Shown here piece after piece: positions 18,213 through 28,298 of a stretch of 64,000 nt of DNA; within the stretch, counting starts at the first letter, position 1, and the number at the start of each line of letters is the position of its first letter. Source of the stretch: Burkholderiaceae bacterium (lineage in GTDB: Bacteria > Pseudomonadota > Gammaproteobacteria > Burkholderiales > Burkholderiaceae_C); NCBI GenBank assembly GCA_035539635.1, contig DATLIE010000368.1:7669-71668 (forward strand). The letters run 5' to 3'. The notes below the pieces were generated by a model. It made no database searches. It saw nothing but the letters and a program-made list of their open reading frames with translations, and had not been told where the DNA came from. A program made the position numbers and the translations under genes.

Positions 18213-19250
18213 TCAGGCGTAGCGGGCCGACATGGCCTCGAGCGGCAGCGGCTTGATGCGCGCCCCTTGGCCGGCGCAGCCGAAGGCCTCGAAGCGCGCC
18301 TTGACCACGGCGTGCGCGGCCTTCTTCGCGGCCTGCAATGCCTTGCGCGGGTCGAATTCGCTGGGCTGCTCGGCGAACGCCTGGCGCATGGCGGCGGTCA
18401 TCGCCAGCCGGATGTCGGTGTCGATGTTGATCTTGCGCACGCCGCTCTTGATGCCGCGCTGGATCTCCTCGACCGGCACGCCGTAGGTCTCCTTGATGTC
18501 GCCGCCGTATTTGCGGATGACCGCCAGCCACTCCTGTGGCACGCTGGACGAGCCGTGCATCACCAGGTGCGTGTTCGGCACCGCGGCGTGGATCTGCGCG
18601 ATGCGCTCGATGGCCAGGATGTCGCCGGTGGGCTTGCGGGTGAACTTGTAGGCGCCGTGACTGGTGCCGATGGCGATGGCCAGCGCATCGACGCCGGTGC
18701 GGGCGACGAAGTCCTTCGCCTCGTCGGGGTTGGTGAGCATCATGTCGTGCGTGAGCTTGCCCGCGGCGCCCACGCCGTCCTCCTCGCCGGCCTCACCGGT
18801 TTCGAGCGAGCCCAGGCAGCCGAGTTCGCCTTCGACCGAGACACCGATCGAGTGAGCCATCTCGCAGACCTTGCGCGTGACCTCGATGTTGTAGTCGTAG
18901 CTCGCGGGCGTCTTCGCGTCTTCGAGCAGCGAGCCGTCCATCATCACGCTGGTGAAGCCCGAGCGGATCGACTGTTGGCACACCGCCGGCGAGGCGCCAT
19001 GGTCCTGGTGCAGCACGATCGGGATGTCTGGATGCATCTCCACGGCCGCCAGCACCAAGTGGCGCAGGTAGGGCTCGCCGGCGTACTTGCGAGCGCCGGC
19101 CGAGGCTTGCAGGATCACCGGCGACTGCGTTTCCTGCGCCGCTTCCATGATCGCGTGGACCTGCTCGAGGTTGTTGACGTTGAAGGCGGGCACGCCGTAG
19201 CCGCATTCGGCGGCGTGGTCGAGCACTTGGCGCAGTGAGACGAGGGCCAT
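18213..19250 (-). CDS. fba: Class II fructose-1,6-bisphosphate aldolase
   Basis: [30 protein letters not shown]..., [15 protein letters not shown]. Confidence 0.95.
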   Translation of the reverse strand: MALVSLRQVLDHAAECGYGVPAFNVNNLEQVHAIMEAAQETQSPVILQASAGARKYAGEPYLRHLVLAAVEMHPDIPIVLHQDHGASPAVCQQSIRSGFTSVMMDGSLLEDAKTPASYDYNIEVTRKVCEMAHSIGVSVEGELGCLGSLETGEAGEEDGVGAAGKLTHDMMLTNPDEAKDFVARTGVDALAIAIGTSHGAYKFTRKPTGDILAIERIAQIHAAVPNTHLVMHGSSSVPQEWLAVIRKYGGDIKETYGVPVEEIQRGIKSGVRKINIDTDIRLAMTAAMRQAFAEQPSEFDPRKALQAAKKAAHAVVKARFEAFGCAGQGARIKPLPLEAMSARYA

Positions 19251-19363
19251 GGGGTTCTCCGGGGAAGTCGTTGAGCGGGCGAGAAGTCGGTGGGATGCCG
19301 GCGGCGGGCTGGACTAAGGTGGAGGTCTTTCATGATTCAGGGCGCTGCCCGGCGTCACGAAAT

Positions 19364-20164
19364 CTAGGGGTAGTCGCTGATCGTGTCGCGTTGCGTGAAC
19401 CAGTCGGCGATATCGGCCAGGCGGACGCGGTCACCCTGGCCAGCACTTGGCCGCGGCGAGCGAGCAGCCGACGCAGGGCGCCAGCCTTCGCGCGTGTGCA
19501 GACCCGGCCCGACGGCGATGGCGCCCTCGACAGAGGACTGGGCAAAGTAGAAGCTGCGGGTGACGATGACCGGGCAATCGGCGGCACGCGCCGCCGCCAC
19601 GCCGCCCGGCGAGTCCTCGAGAGCAACGGCCTCGAGCGGGCCGACGCCCAGCGCCTGAATGGCCGTGACGAAGACCTCGGGGTCGGGCTTCTTGCGCTGC
19701 ACGTCCTCGCCGCAGACGATGGCGCCGAACCAGGCGGCCCAGCGCTCGCCCATGTGCTTGCGCAGCAACGCCTCCAAGTTGGAGCGGCTCGTTGTCGTGG
19801 CGACGGCCATGCGCACGCCGTGGTCACGGCACTCGCGCATCAGCTCGAGCACGCCGCCGCGCAGCGGGATGCCGATGCCGGCGACCAGTTCGGCATACAG
19901 GGTGTTCTTCTTCGCGTGCAGCGCACGCGCCAGCGTGTCGCGCTCGCCGGCCAACGGCGGTGCGTCGGACCGGCTATCCATGTCGTGCATCAGGCGTTCT
20001 CGACCGCCGGTGACCTGCAAGAGTTGCCCATAGCGGGCATCGTCCCAGCGCCAGGGCAGCCCGAAGGCCTCGAAGGCGAGGTTGAACGCAACCCGATGCC
20101 CGTCGCGCTCGGTCTCGGCGAGCGTGCCGTCGACATCCCAGAGGAGTGCCTTGAGCTTGCTCAT
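19364..20164 (-). CDS. HAD-superfamily phosphatase (CbbY-like)
   Basis: LLWDVDGTLAETE (DxDGT motif), then KKPDPEVF and ALEDSPGG. Lies between pgk and fba. Confidence 0.8.
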   Translation of the reverse strand: MSKLKALLWDVDGTLAETERDGHRVAFNLAFEAFGLPWRWDDARYGQLLQVTGGRERLMHDMDSRSDAPPLAGERDTLARALHAKKNTLYAELVAGIGIPLRGGVLELMRECRDHGVRMAVATTTSRSNLEALLRKHMGERWAAWFGAIVCGEDVQRKKPDPEVFVTAIQALGVGPLEAVALEDSPGGVAAARAADCPVIVTRSFYFAQSSVEGAIAVGPGLHTREGWRPASAARSPRPSAGQGDRVRLADIADWFTQRDTISDYP

Positions 20165-20177
20165 GCGCGGAGTTCCG

Positions 20178-21368
20178 TCACTGCGCGCGCTTCGCGAGGA
20201 TCTCGAAGGCCGGCAGCGTCTTGCCTTCGAGCACCTCGAGGAAGGCGCCGCCGCCGGTGGAGATGTAGCCCACGTCCTTCTCGATGCCGTACTTGGCGAT
20301 CGCGGCCAGGGTGTCGCCGCCGCCGGCAATCGAGAACGCATCACTTGCTGCGATCGCGCGCGCAATCGTTTCGGTGCCATTCGCGAACGCATCGAACTCG
20401 AACACGCCCACCGGGCCGTTCCAGACGATGGTGCCGGCGGCCTTGAGCTGGTCGGCGAGCAGCGCCGCGGTCTTGGGGCCGATGTCGAGGATCAGGTCGT
20501 CGGGAGCCACGTCGGTGGCCGCCTTGACGGTCGCCTTCGCGTCGGCCTTGAACTCCTTGGCACACACCAAGTCGACCGGGATCGGCACCGCGGCGCCGCG
20601 CGCGGCCATCGCCTCGATCACGGCCTTGGCCTCCTTGACGAGGTCGGGCTCGGCCAGGCTCTTGCCGATGGGCAACCCTTGCGCGAGCAGGAAAGTGTTG
20701 GCGATGCCGCCGCCGACCACCAAACCGTCGACCTTGGCCGCCAAGCTCTGCAGGATCGTCAGCTTGGTGCTGACCTTGGAGCCAGCGACGATGGCCACCA
20801 GCGGCCGCTTCGGGTGCGCGAGCGCCTTCGTGATCGCATCGATCTCGGCCGCCAGCAGCGGGCCGGCACAGGCGATCTTGGCGAACTGCGCGATGCCGTA
20901 GGTGCTGGCCTCGGCGCGGTGCGCGGTGCCGAAGGCGTCGTGCACGAAGATGTCGGTCAGCGCCGCCATCTTCTTCGCCAATTCCTCGTTGTTCTTCTTC
21001 TCGCCCTTGTTGAGGCGGCAGTTCTCCAGCAGCACCACCTCGCCGGGCTGAACGGCCACGCCATCGACCCAGTTCGACCGAAGCGGCACGGGGCAGCCGA
21101 GCAATTCGCTCAACCGAGCGGCCACCGGCGCCAGAGAGTCCTCGGGCTTGAACTCGCCTTCGGTCGGACGTCCGAGGTGCGAAGTGACCATCACCGCCGC
21201 GCCGGCGTCGAGCGCCATGCGGATGCAGGGCACCGAGGCGCGGATGCGCGTGTCCTCGGTGATGTGCCCGGCGTCGTCCTGCGGCACGTTGAGGTCGGCA
21301 CGGATGAAGACGCGCTGGCCGCGCACGCGGCCCTGCGCAACGAGATCGGAGAAGCGGAGGACGTTCAT
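20178..21368 (-). CDS. pgk: Phosphoglycerate kinase
   Basis: [17 protein letters not shown], and GGGDTLAAI near the C-terminus. Confidence 0.95.
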   Translation of the reverse strand: MNVLRFSDLVAQGRVRGQRVFIRADLNVPQDDAGHITEDTRIRASVPCIRMALDAGAAVMVTSHLGRPTEGEFKPEDSLAPVAARLSELLGCPVPLRSNWVDGVAVQPGEVVLLENCRLNKGEKKNNEELAKKMAALTDIFVHDAFGTAHRAEASTYGIAQFAKIACAGPLLAAEIDAITKALAHPKRPLVAIVAGSKVSTKLTILQSLAAKVDGLVVGGGIANTFLLAQGLPIGKSLAEPDLVKEAKAVIEAMAARGAAVPIPVDLVCAKEFKADAKATVKAATDVAPDDLILDIGPKTAALLADQLKAAGTIVWNGPVGVFEFDAFANGTETIARAIAASDAFSIAGGGDTLAAIAKYGIEKDVGYISTGGGAFLEVLEGKTLPAFEILAKRAQ

Positions 21369-21384
21369 TCAGCGATTGTAGGAA

Positions 21385-21720
21385 TCACCAGCCGAAGCCG
21401 AGCTTGAGCACGAGCAACATCGTGGTGCCCGCGATGATGGTGCCGAGGATGTCGCGCCGCCAGTAGAAGTAGGCGGTGGCCGCCAGCACGGCGGGCAGGC
21501 GCGCGTCCATCCAGGTGCTGATCAGGCGGCCCTGGGTCATGAAGATCTCGGGCGCCACCACCGCGACCAGCGCGGCCAGCGGCGCGTAGCGCAGGCCCTG
21601 CTGCAGCCAGGCCGGCATCGGCAGCTCACGCTCGGGGTAGAGGAAGAAGCCGCGCGTGACGATCGTGATCAGCGCCAGGCCGAGGATCGCGACCACGCCC
21701 TCCCAGGTGACGCTGCTCAT
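21385..21720 (-). CDS. azlD: AzlD-family branched-chain amino acid transport protein
   Basis: 111-aa hydrophobic protein. Its ATG overlaps the azlC stop (ATGA). Confidence 0.75.
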   Translation of the reverse strand: MSSVTWEGVVAILGLALITIVTRGFFLYPERELPMPAWLQQGLRYAPLAALVAVVAPEIFMTQGRLISTWMDARLPAVLAATAYFYWRRDILGTIIAGTTMLLVLKLGFGW

Positions 21721-22466
21721 GTCAGATCCTCCTCCGGCTCCACCGGGCGCCGTGTCGTGTGGTCCATCAAGAGACCGATGACCACGGCCGCAGCGATCGC
21801 GACGAGGATGTTGAGCTTGAGCGGCAGCGCATAAGTCGCCACCGCCGCCGCACCGGCCACGACGGCCGCGACCCAGGTCGAGCGGTCGTTGAGCAGCGCG
21901 TAGGTCAGGCCCAGCAGCGCCAGCGTGCCGGCGAAGCCCAGGCCCCAATCGGGCGGGATGCGGTCGCCGACCACCAGGCCGATCAGCGACGGCACCTGCC
22001 ACGACAGCCAGTTCAGCGCCACGCCGCCCCAGAAGTACGGCACCGACTCGGAAGTCGGCGGCGCCTCGGCCTGCGGGAAGCGCTTCATGAACAGCACGTA
22101 GTTCAGGTCGGCGGCGAAGTACGACATGCGCAGGCGCTGCTTGCGCGGCAGTTCGGCGAAGTAGCGGCGCCAGCCGGCGCTGAAGATCACGAAGCGCAGG
22201 TTCACGCACAACGCGGTGGCCCAGATGATCCACAAGGGCGCGCCGCCCGCGAGCAACGGCAGGGCAGCGAGCTGTGCGCTGCCGGCAAAGACGATCAGCG
22301 ACATCAGCACCGCCAGCGGCATCGCCAGATCGCTCTTGGCCATCGCGATGCCGGTCAGCAGGCCCCAGGCGCCGATGCCCAGGGCGGTGCCCGTCATGTC
22401 ACGCGCGCCGCGCGCGAATTCGGGGTGGCGCCAAAGCGGCTGCAGTGCCAGATCGGAAGCAGACAT
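21717..22466 (-). CDS. azlC: AzlC-family branched-chain amino acid permease component
   Basis: 249-aa polytopic protein containing VFAGSAQLAALPLL. Paired with azlD. Confidence 0.8.
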   Translation of the reverse strand: MSASDLALQPLWRHPEFARGARDMTGTALGIGAWGLLTGIAMAKSDLAMPLAVLMSLIVFAGSAQLAALPLLAGGAPLWIIWATALCVNLRFVIFSAGWRRYFAELPRKQRLRMSYFAADLNYVLFMKRFPQAEAPPTSESVPYFWGGVALNWLSWQVPSLIGLVVGDRIPPDWGLGFAGTLALLGLTYALLNDRSTWVAAVVAGAAAVATYALPLKLNILVAIAAAVVIGLLMDHTTRRPVEPEEDLT

Positions 22467-22543
22467 CGGGCCGATTGTCCCGGGCGCGGCCCGCCCGCGC
22501 TCGCAGTCGGGTTCGCGCGGCCCGTGGCCGCGCTCGGATCGGC

Positions 22544-23290
22544 TCAGCGTTGCCGGACCGATCCGCTGCCCGCGACGCGCGCCTTGGCCAGCGTCGCGCC
22601 GCCGGTGTACTCCACGTCGCCCGAACCGGCGATCGACACCGAGAGTGCCTTGCTCGCGTTCACGCTGGCATCGCCCGAACCGGCAATGGAGACACTCACG
22701 TCCTCGGCCGCGAGCTCGCGCGTGCGGACGTCGCCCGACCCCGCGATCGAGATCTCGACCTTGGTCGCCTTGCCGCTGGCCTGCACGTCGCCCGAGCCCG
22801 AGATGCTGACGGTCAGCTGCCCGGCGTCGAGCTGCTCGACCTTGGCGTCCGACGAGCCGGAGATCGACAGCGCGAGCGACGGTGTCTTCAACGCACCGAG
22901 CGCGAGGTCGCCGGAACCGGACAGCGCCACCGCCGTCAGCTTGACCACGTCGACCGTGACCACGGTGCGTGACTTCGCGCGGACCGACTCGCCCGCCTTC
23001 CACTGGATGCGCAGCGAGCGCTGATCGCCACTGCCCTCGACCACGGTCTGCAGCAGCGGTAGCAGGTTGTCGTCGGTGCTGACCTGCACCGCTTCGCGCG
23101 CGCCCTGGCGCACGACGACGTCGATGTCGCCGCGCATCGTGATTGCTGCGAAACCGCTGGCCTCGCGCGCCTCGGTCCCGGGCTTGCCCGAACCGGTGGT
23201 CGCGGCCTGCGCGGCGGGCGCCAGCGCCACGATCCAGCCCAGCGTGACGGCCGTGAACCAGGCGTGGCGGCGGATCAGGTTGGCACTCAT
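22544..23290 (-). CDS. Secreted beta-helix repeat protein (DUF2807 / head GIN domain-like)
   Basis: Signal peptide, then repeated SxSGSGD motifs (ALSGSGDL, SISGSSDA, SISGSGDV, SIAGSGDV x3). Confidence 0.6.
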   Translation of the reverse strand: MSANLIRRHAWFTAVTLGWIVALAPAAQAATTGSGKPGTEAREASGFAAITMRGDIDVVVRQGAREAVQVSTDDNLLPLLQTVVEGSGDQRSLRIQWKAGESVRAKSRTVVTVDVVKLTAVALSGSGDLALGALKTPSLALSISGSSDAKVEQLDAGQLTVSISGSGDVQASGKATKVEISIAGSGDVRTRELAAEDVSVSIAGSGDASVNASKALSVSIAGSGDVEYTGGATLAKARVAGSGSVRQR

Positions 23291-23404
23291 CGTCGTGTCT
23301 CCTTCGCAAACGGGCATCGAAGGCCACACGATGCCGCAGCGGCAGGGCGACGTCACGCGCCGTGCGACCAGCTGCGGCCCCACGCGACGGAATGGCTCAA
23401 GGAG

Positions 23405-23764
23405 TCAGGACTCGGCCTTCTTGGCCTTGGCCGGCTTGACGGCCGGTTCGGCCGCGGGTTCGGCCTTGGCGGCGCTCTCGGCCGGCGCCGGCGCGCCCTG
23501 CGCGGGCACCGTGTCGACCTTGTTGTCGCGCATGTAGTCGTTCATTTCGCGCCAGCCGGCAAAGATGGCGGCCTTGTCGGCGCGCTTGTTCAGTGCAAAG
23601 CAATCCTCGATCGCGCGCCCGGCGTGGCGGCAGGCGCCGCCCACGGCTTTGCCTTCGGCCTCGCGGCGCGCCGCCACCGCCTCCGCCGGCTCGCCACCCA
23701 TGAGGTTGCAGCCCGCCAGGACGGGCAGCAGGGCGGCGACGAGGATCAGGGCGGGGCGCAACAT
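23405..23764 (-). CDS. Lipoprotein, unknown function
   Basis: MLRPALILVAALLPVLAGC lipobox. Ala/Pro/Lys-rich C-terminal tail. Confidence 0.6.
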   Translation of the reverse strand: MLRPALILVAALLPVLAGCNLMGGEPAEAVAARREAEGKAVGGACRHAGRAIEDCFALNKRADKAAIFAGWREMNDYMRDNKVDTVPAQGAPAPAESAAKAEPAAEPAVKPAKAKKAES

Positions 23765-23828
23765 GGTGGTCGGTCGGTGCACGGTGTGCCCCGTTATCGG
23801 CAGCCCGGTGACCGGGCTTGAGGCGGCT

Positions 23829-24758
23829 TCAGTGCCGCGACGCGAGCCAGGCGGCGGCACCCTGTCGGCGCCCGCCCGGCCGCTGGACCTCGACGAGCTC
23901 GAGCCCGTCGCGGCCGCACCCCACCACCGGGCGGCCCGCGTCGATCGACAGGGATCCGGGGTCTGCGGAGAAGCCGGCGCTCACCTTTGAGCGCCAGATC
24001 TTGATCGACTCGCCGCCCACTTCGGCGTGGCAGCCGGGTTGCGGATCGAAGGCGCGCACGCGGCGCTCGATCTGCGCGGCACTCTGGTGCCAGTCGATCG
24101 CCGCTTCGGCCTTGTCGATCTTGCGCGCGTAGGTCACGCCTTCAGCCGGCTGCGGACGCGGCTGCAGGCCGCCGGAGGCCGCGGCCTCGAGCGCTTCGAC
24201 GACCAGTCGCCCGCCAAGCGCGGCCAGCTTGTCGTGCAGCGTCGCGCTGCTGTCGTCGCCACCGATCGGCAGCCGCTCGACCAGCAGCATGTCGCCGGTG
24301 TCCAGGCCCTCGTCCATCTGCATGATCGTGATGCCGGTCTCGGCATCGCCAGCCTCGATGGCGCGCTGGATCGGCGCCGCGCCGCGCCAGCGCGGCAGCA
24401 GCGAGGCATGGATGTTCAGGCAACCCAGGCGCGGCAGTGCGAGCACCCAGCGCGGCAGGATCAGGCCGTACGCCGCAACCACCAGCACGTCGGGCCGCAC
24501 CGCATCGAGCGCGGCGCGTGCGGCGGCGGCGCCCTCGGGGTACTTGCCGTCCAGGCGCAGGCTGCGCGGCTGCGCCAGCGCCAGGCCATGCGCCTGCGCG
24601 ACCCGCTTGACCGCCGAGGGCTGCAGCTTCAGGCCGCGACCGGCGGGGCGGTCGGGTTGCGTCAGCACCAGCGGCACGGTGAAGCGCGCGTCGATGAGGC
24701 GGCGCAGCGCCACCGCGGCGAACTCGGGCGTGCCCGCGAAGGCGACGCGCAGGCTCAT
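23829..24758 (-). CDS. fmt: Methionyl-tRNA formyltransferase
   Basis: [36 protein letters not shown]. Confidence 0.95.
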   Translation of the reverse strand: MSLRVAFAGTPEFAAVALRRLIDARFTVPLVLTQPDRPAGRGLKLQPSAVKRVAQAHGLALAQPRSLRLDGKYPEGAAAARAALDAVRPDVLVVAAYGLILPRWVLALPRLGCLNIHASLLPRWRGAAPIQRAIEAGDAETGITIMQMDEGLDTGDMLLVERLPIGGDDSSATLHDKLAALGGRLVVEALEAAASGGLQPRPQPAEGVTYARKIDKAEAAIDWHQSAAQIERRVRAFDPQPGCHAEVGGESIKIWRSKVSAGFSADPGSLSIDAGRPVVGCGRDGLELVEVQRPGGRRQGAAAWLASRH

Positions 24759-24765
24759 GGCGGGC

Positions 24766-25302
24766 TCAGAGCCGGCGCGCGGCCGGCCCCGACTGCAACT
24801 GCTCCTCGCGGGTCTTCTTCTGCATCTTCGTCTTGATGCGATCGCGCTTGAGCGCGCTCAGGTACTCGACGAACACCTTGCCCACCAGATGATCCATCTC
24901 GTGCTGCACGCACACCGACTCCAGGCCCTCGGCGTCGAACTGGTAGGGCTGACCGTCACGGCCGAGCGCGCGCACCGTCACGCGCGCATGGCGCGGCACC
25001 TTGTCGTAGATCTGCGGCACCGAAAGACAGCCCTCTTCGCCGAGCACCATCTCCTCGCTTTGCGCGATCAGCTCGGGATTGATCAGCACCCGCGGGCGGT
25101 CACGCGACTCCGAGGTGTCGATCACGAGCACGCGTTCGTGCACGTCGACCTGCGTCGCGGCCAGGCCCACGCCGTCGGCCTCGTACATCGTTTCGAGCAT
25201 GTCGTCGACCAGACGGCGGATGCGCTCATCCACCGCGGCCACGGGCTGGGCCACGGTGTGCAGGCGTGGGTCGGGGTATCGCAGGATCGGCAACAAAGAC
25301 AT
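24766..25302 (-). CDS. def: Peptide deformylase
   Basis: [22 protein letters not shown]. Confidence 0.95.
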   Translation of the reverse strand: MSLLPILRYPDPRLHTVAQPVAAVDERIRRLVDDMLETMYEADGVGLAATQVDVHERVLVIDTSESRDRPRVLINPELIAQSEEMVLGEEGCLSVPQIYDKVPRHARVTVRALGRDGQPYQFDAEGLESVCVQHEMDHLVGKVFVEYLSALKRDRIKTKMQKKTREEQLQSGPAARRL

Positions 25303-25509
25303 GATTCGTGAAAGGTGCCACGACTGTGCCGTGCGAGGGGGGCCCGCAGGGCACTTTCATTGCGGCATCAAGGGTTTATGGGCAGAATCTGCCAAACCAA
25401 GTGAGCATTTTGCCGACCTGGCGCAGGGCCTGCGGCAAGCTGCTCGAAGACCTCGAAAAGCGGCCGTATTTTCGCATCGCCCACGCCGCGGCCCCCGGGA
25501 GCCCCGTTC

Positions 25510-26664
25510 ATGATCCGACGCCACGTCCAGCGCCACGCCACCCCGTTGATCGCGAGCTTGCTCGCGTTGGCCTGCGGCAGCGCCGTGGCGCAGAACTACC
25601 CGATCACGCCGCAGCAGCGGGCCACCGCGCAGCAGACGGCACAGGCCGGCGTGCCGCTCGAGGACCTGGCTCCCAACGCCCCGGACAGCCACACCGTCAA
25701 GCGCGGTGACACGCTGTGGGACATCTCCAAGCTGTTTCTGAAGAGCCCCTGGCGCTGGCCGCAGCTGTGGGGCATGAACCTGGAGCAGATCCGCAACCCG
25801 CACCTGATCTACCCGGGCCAGGTGCTGGTGCTCGACAAGTCGGGCGGCCGTGCGCGCCTGACCATGGGCCAGGCCGGCCCGGACGGTACCGTCAAGCTGA
25901 GCCCGCGCATCCGCGCCGAGGGCACGTCCGACTCGGCCATTCCGTCGATCCCGCTCAACCTGATCGCGCCCTTCCTGAACGAGGCGGTGGTGTTCAATGC
26001 GAACGAGCTGGCCAACGCGCCGCGCGTCGTCGCTGCGCCGGAGAGCCGCGTGATCATGGGCCGCGGCGACCGCGCCTACGTGCGCGGCGAACTCGGCGGG
26101 CTGACCGATTGGCGCCTGTTCCGCCAGGCCACGCCGCTGGTGGACCCGACGACCAAGGAAGTGCTCGGCTACGAGGCGCACTTCGTCGGCACGGCGGCCT
26201 ACGTCCGCGAAGCCGGCTCGGCCCCGTCGACCGACGGCAAGGGCACCGTGCCGGTGCCGGCCACCTTCGAGATCACCGCGGTCAAGGAAGAGGTCGGCGT
26301 GGGCGACCGCCTCGCGGCCGTGCCGCCGCGCGACTTCTCCAGCTTCATGCCGCATGCGCCGTCCAAGCCGGTCGCCGGCCAGGTCATCAAGGTCTACGGC
26401 GAGGCCCTGAACGCGGGCCAGAACCAGGTGGTGGCGATCAACCGTGGCACGCGCGACGGCATGGAGCGCGGCCATGTGGTGGCCGTGCTGCGCGACGGCG
26501 AACGCCGCACCGACACGACCTACGCCAAGCCCGAAGCGATCAAGCTGCCCGACGAACGGCATGGCCTGATGTTCGTGTTCCGCGTGTTCGACCGCGTGTC
26601 GTACGCGCTGGTGCTCCAGGTCCAGCAGCCGGTCGTCGCCGGCGACCACTTCACCCAGCCCTGA
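25510..26664 (+). CDS. LysM-domain periplasmic protein
   Basis: Signal peptide. HTVKRGDTLWDISKLFL...IYPGQVLVL is a LysM motif. Occupies the usual position next to def/dprA. Confidence 0.8.
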   Translation: MIRRHVQRHATPLIASLLALACGSAVAQNYPITPQQRATAQQTAQAGVPLEDLAPNAPDSHTVKRGDTLWDISKLFLKSPWRWPQLWGMNLEQIRNPHLIYPGQVLVLDKSGGRARLTMGQAGPDGTVKLSPRIRAEGTSDSAIPSIPLNLIAPFLNEAVVFNANELANAPRVVAAPESRVIMGRGDRAYVRGELGGLTDWRLFRQATPLVDPTTKEVLGYEAHFVGTAAYVREAGSAPSTDGKGTVPVPATFEITAVKEEVGVGDRLAAVPPRDFSSFMPHAPSKPVAGQVIKVYGEALNAGQNQVVAINRGTRDGMERGHVVAVLRDGERRTDTTYAKPEAIKLPDERHGLMFVFRVFDRVSYALVLQVQQPVVAGDHFTQP

Positions 26665-26676
26665 CCGTCGCGGCCG

Positions 26677-27771
26677 GTGTTGGCACCGGACGACCTCGAC
26701 GCCTGGCTGCGCCTGCTGCGCACGCCCGGGGTCGGGCGCGAAAGCGCACGCAGGCTGCTGGCGGCCTGCGGTTCGGCCGAGGGCATCTTCAGCGCGTCGC
26801 CTGCGACCTTGCAGACCCTGGTCGGCGCGACGCTCGCGTCCGCGCTCGGCCGCCTGCCTGACGGACACGACGAGCAGCTCGCCGCGACGCGGGCCTGGGC
26901 CGGCACCGACGGCACGCGCCATGTCCTCACGCTGGGCGATTCGTCCTACCCGCCGCAGCTGCTCGAGAGCGCCGACCCGCCCCTGCTGCTGTTCGCGCAG
27001 GGGCGCCTCGAGCTGCTGATGGCACCCTCGATCGCGATCGTCGGCAGCCGCAACCCAACCGCACAGGGTGCCGACAACGCGCGCGCGTTCGCGGCCCACC
27101 TGTCGCAGGCGGGGCTGACCGTGGTGTCGGGCCTGGCGCTGGGCATCGACGGCGCGGCGCACGAAGGTGGGCTGACCGGGCGCGGTGCGACGATCGCCGT
27201 GATGGGCACCGGCGCCGACCGCATCTACCCGGCACGCCATCGCACGCTCGCACACCGAATTGCCGAGCACGGGTTGCTGCTGACCGAATTCCCGATCGGC
27301 ACGCCGCCGTTGCCTGAGAACTTTCCGATGCGCAATCGCATCATTGCTGGGCTGGCGCGCGGCACGCTGGTGGTGGAGGCCGCCTTGCCGTCAGGCTCGC
27401 TGTCGACCGCGCGCGCGGCGATCGAAGCCGGGCGCGAGGTGTTCGCGATCCCCGGGTCGATCCACTCGCCCCAGTCACGCGGCTGCCATGCGCTGATCAA
27501 GCAAGGCGCCAAGCTGGTCGAGTCGGCCGACGACGTGCTCGGCGAGTTGGACTGGAAAGCCCGCCCGGCCACGGCCCCACGGCCCGATGAGGGCGCCGCG
27601 CACGACCCGATCCTCAACGCGCTCGGCCACGACCCGGCCACCCTCGATGCGCTGGGCGCCCGCACCGGCCTGGGGGCGGCCGACCTCAATGCCCGCCTGC
27701 TGGAACTGGAGCTCGATGGGCTGGTGGCCCGCCTGCCAGGCGGGTTGTTCCAGCGCCGTGGCAGCGGCTGA
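26677..27771 (+). CDS. dprA: DNA-processing protein DprA (Smf)
   Basis: VGSRNPTAQG...VVSGLALGIDGAAHEG...VVEAALPSGSLSTAR. Confidence 0.9.
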   Translation: MLAPDDLDAWLRLLRTPGVGRESARRLLAACGSAEGIFSASPATLQTLVGATLASALGRLPDGHDEQLAATRAWAGTDGTRHVLTLGDSSYPPQLLESADPPLLLFAQGRLELLMAPSIAIVGSRNPTAQGADNARAFAAHLSQAGLTVVSGLALGIDGAAHEGGLTGRGATIAVMGTGADRIYPARHRTLAHRIAEHGLLLTEFPIGTPPLPENFPMRNRIIAGLARGTLVVEAALPSGSLSTARAAIEAGREVFAIPGSIHSPQSRGCHALIKQGAKLVESADDVLGELDWKARPATAPRPDEGAAHDPILNALGHDPATLDALGARTGLGAADLNARLLELELDGLVARLPGGLFQRRGSG

Positions 27772-27796
27772 GGCCTGCGCTATAGTGGGTTGAACC

Positions 27797-28249
27797 ATGT
27801 TCGATGTGCTGGTCTACCTCTACGAAACCTACTGGCGCCCGGACGCCTGTCCCGATCACGCGCAGCTCACGCGCAAGCTGTCGGCGGCCGGTTTCGAGAG
27901 CGACGAGATCCAGGAAGCACTGACCTGGCTCGACGGACTGGCCGGTGCGGCCGAGAGCTACTCCGGCCAGCAAAGCGCGCAGGCGATGCGCGTGTACTCG
28001 CCGGCCGAACACGACCGCCTGGGCGAGGAATCGATCGGCTTCATCAGCTTCCTTGAGTCGGCCGGTGTGCTGCCGCCGCCGATGCGCGAGATGGTGGTGG
28101 ACCGCGCGATGGCCGTGGGCGCGCTCCCGATCGACCTGGAGGACCTGAAGGTCATCGTGCTGATGGTGTTCTGGAGCCTGGGCGAGGAGCCCGACGCGCT
28201 GATCCTTGACGAGCTGTTTGTCGCCCCCGAGGAGCGATCGGTGCATTGA
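27797..28249 (+). CDS. smg: Smg protein (DUF494)
   Basis: MFDVLVYLYETYW... N-terminus, 150 aa, directly after dprA. Confidence 0.9.
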   Translation: MFDVLVYLYETYWRPDACPDHAQLTRKLSAAGFESDEIQEALTWLDGLAGAAESYSGQQSAQAMRVYSPAEHDRLGEESIGFISFLESAGVLPPPMREMVVDRAMAVGALPIDLEDLKVIVLMVFWSLGEEPDALILDELFVAPEERSVH

Positions 28250-28270
28250 GGCGCCGCAGGCGCATCCGCT

Positions 28271-28295
28271 GACAGGGCCCTCGGGCCCTGTTTCG
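28271..28295 (+). terminator. Hairpin terminator between convergent smg and the DUF1631 gene
   Basis: ACAGGGCC-ctcg-GGCCCTGT followed by TTTCGCTTC. Confidence 0.6.
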
Positions 28296-28298
28296 CTT

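Noticed and set aside
16818-19238. 806-aa plus-strand ORF
   Set aside because: It lies antisense to cydA and fba, both of which have clear family signatures.
25357-27270. 637-aa minus-strand ORF
   Set aside because: It lies antisense to the LysM gene and dprA. Its composition is typical of a shadow ORF.
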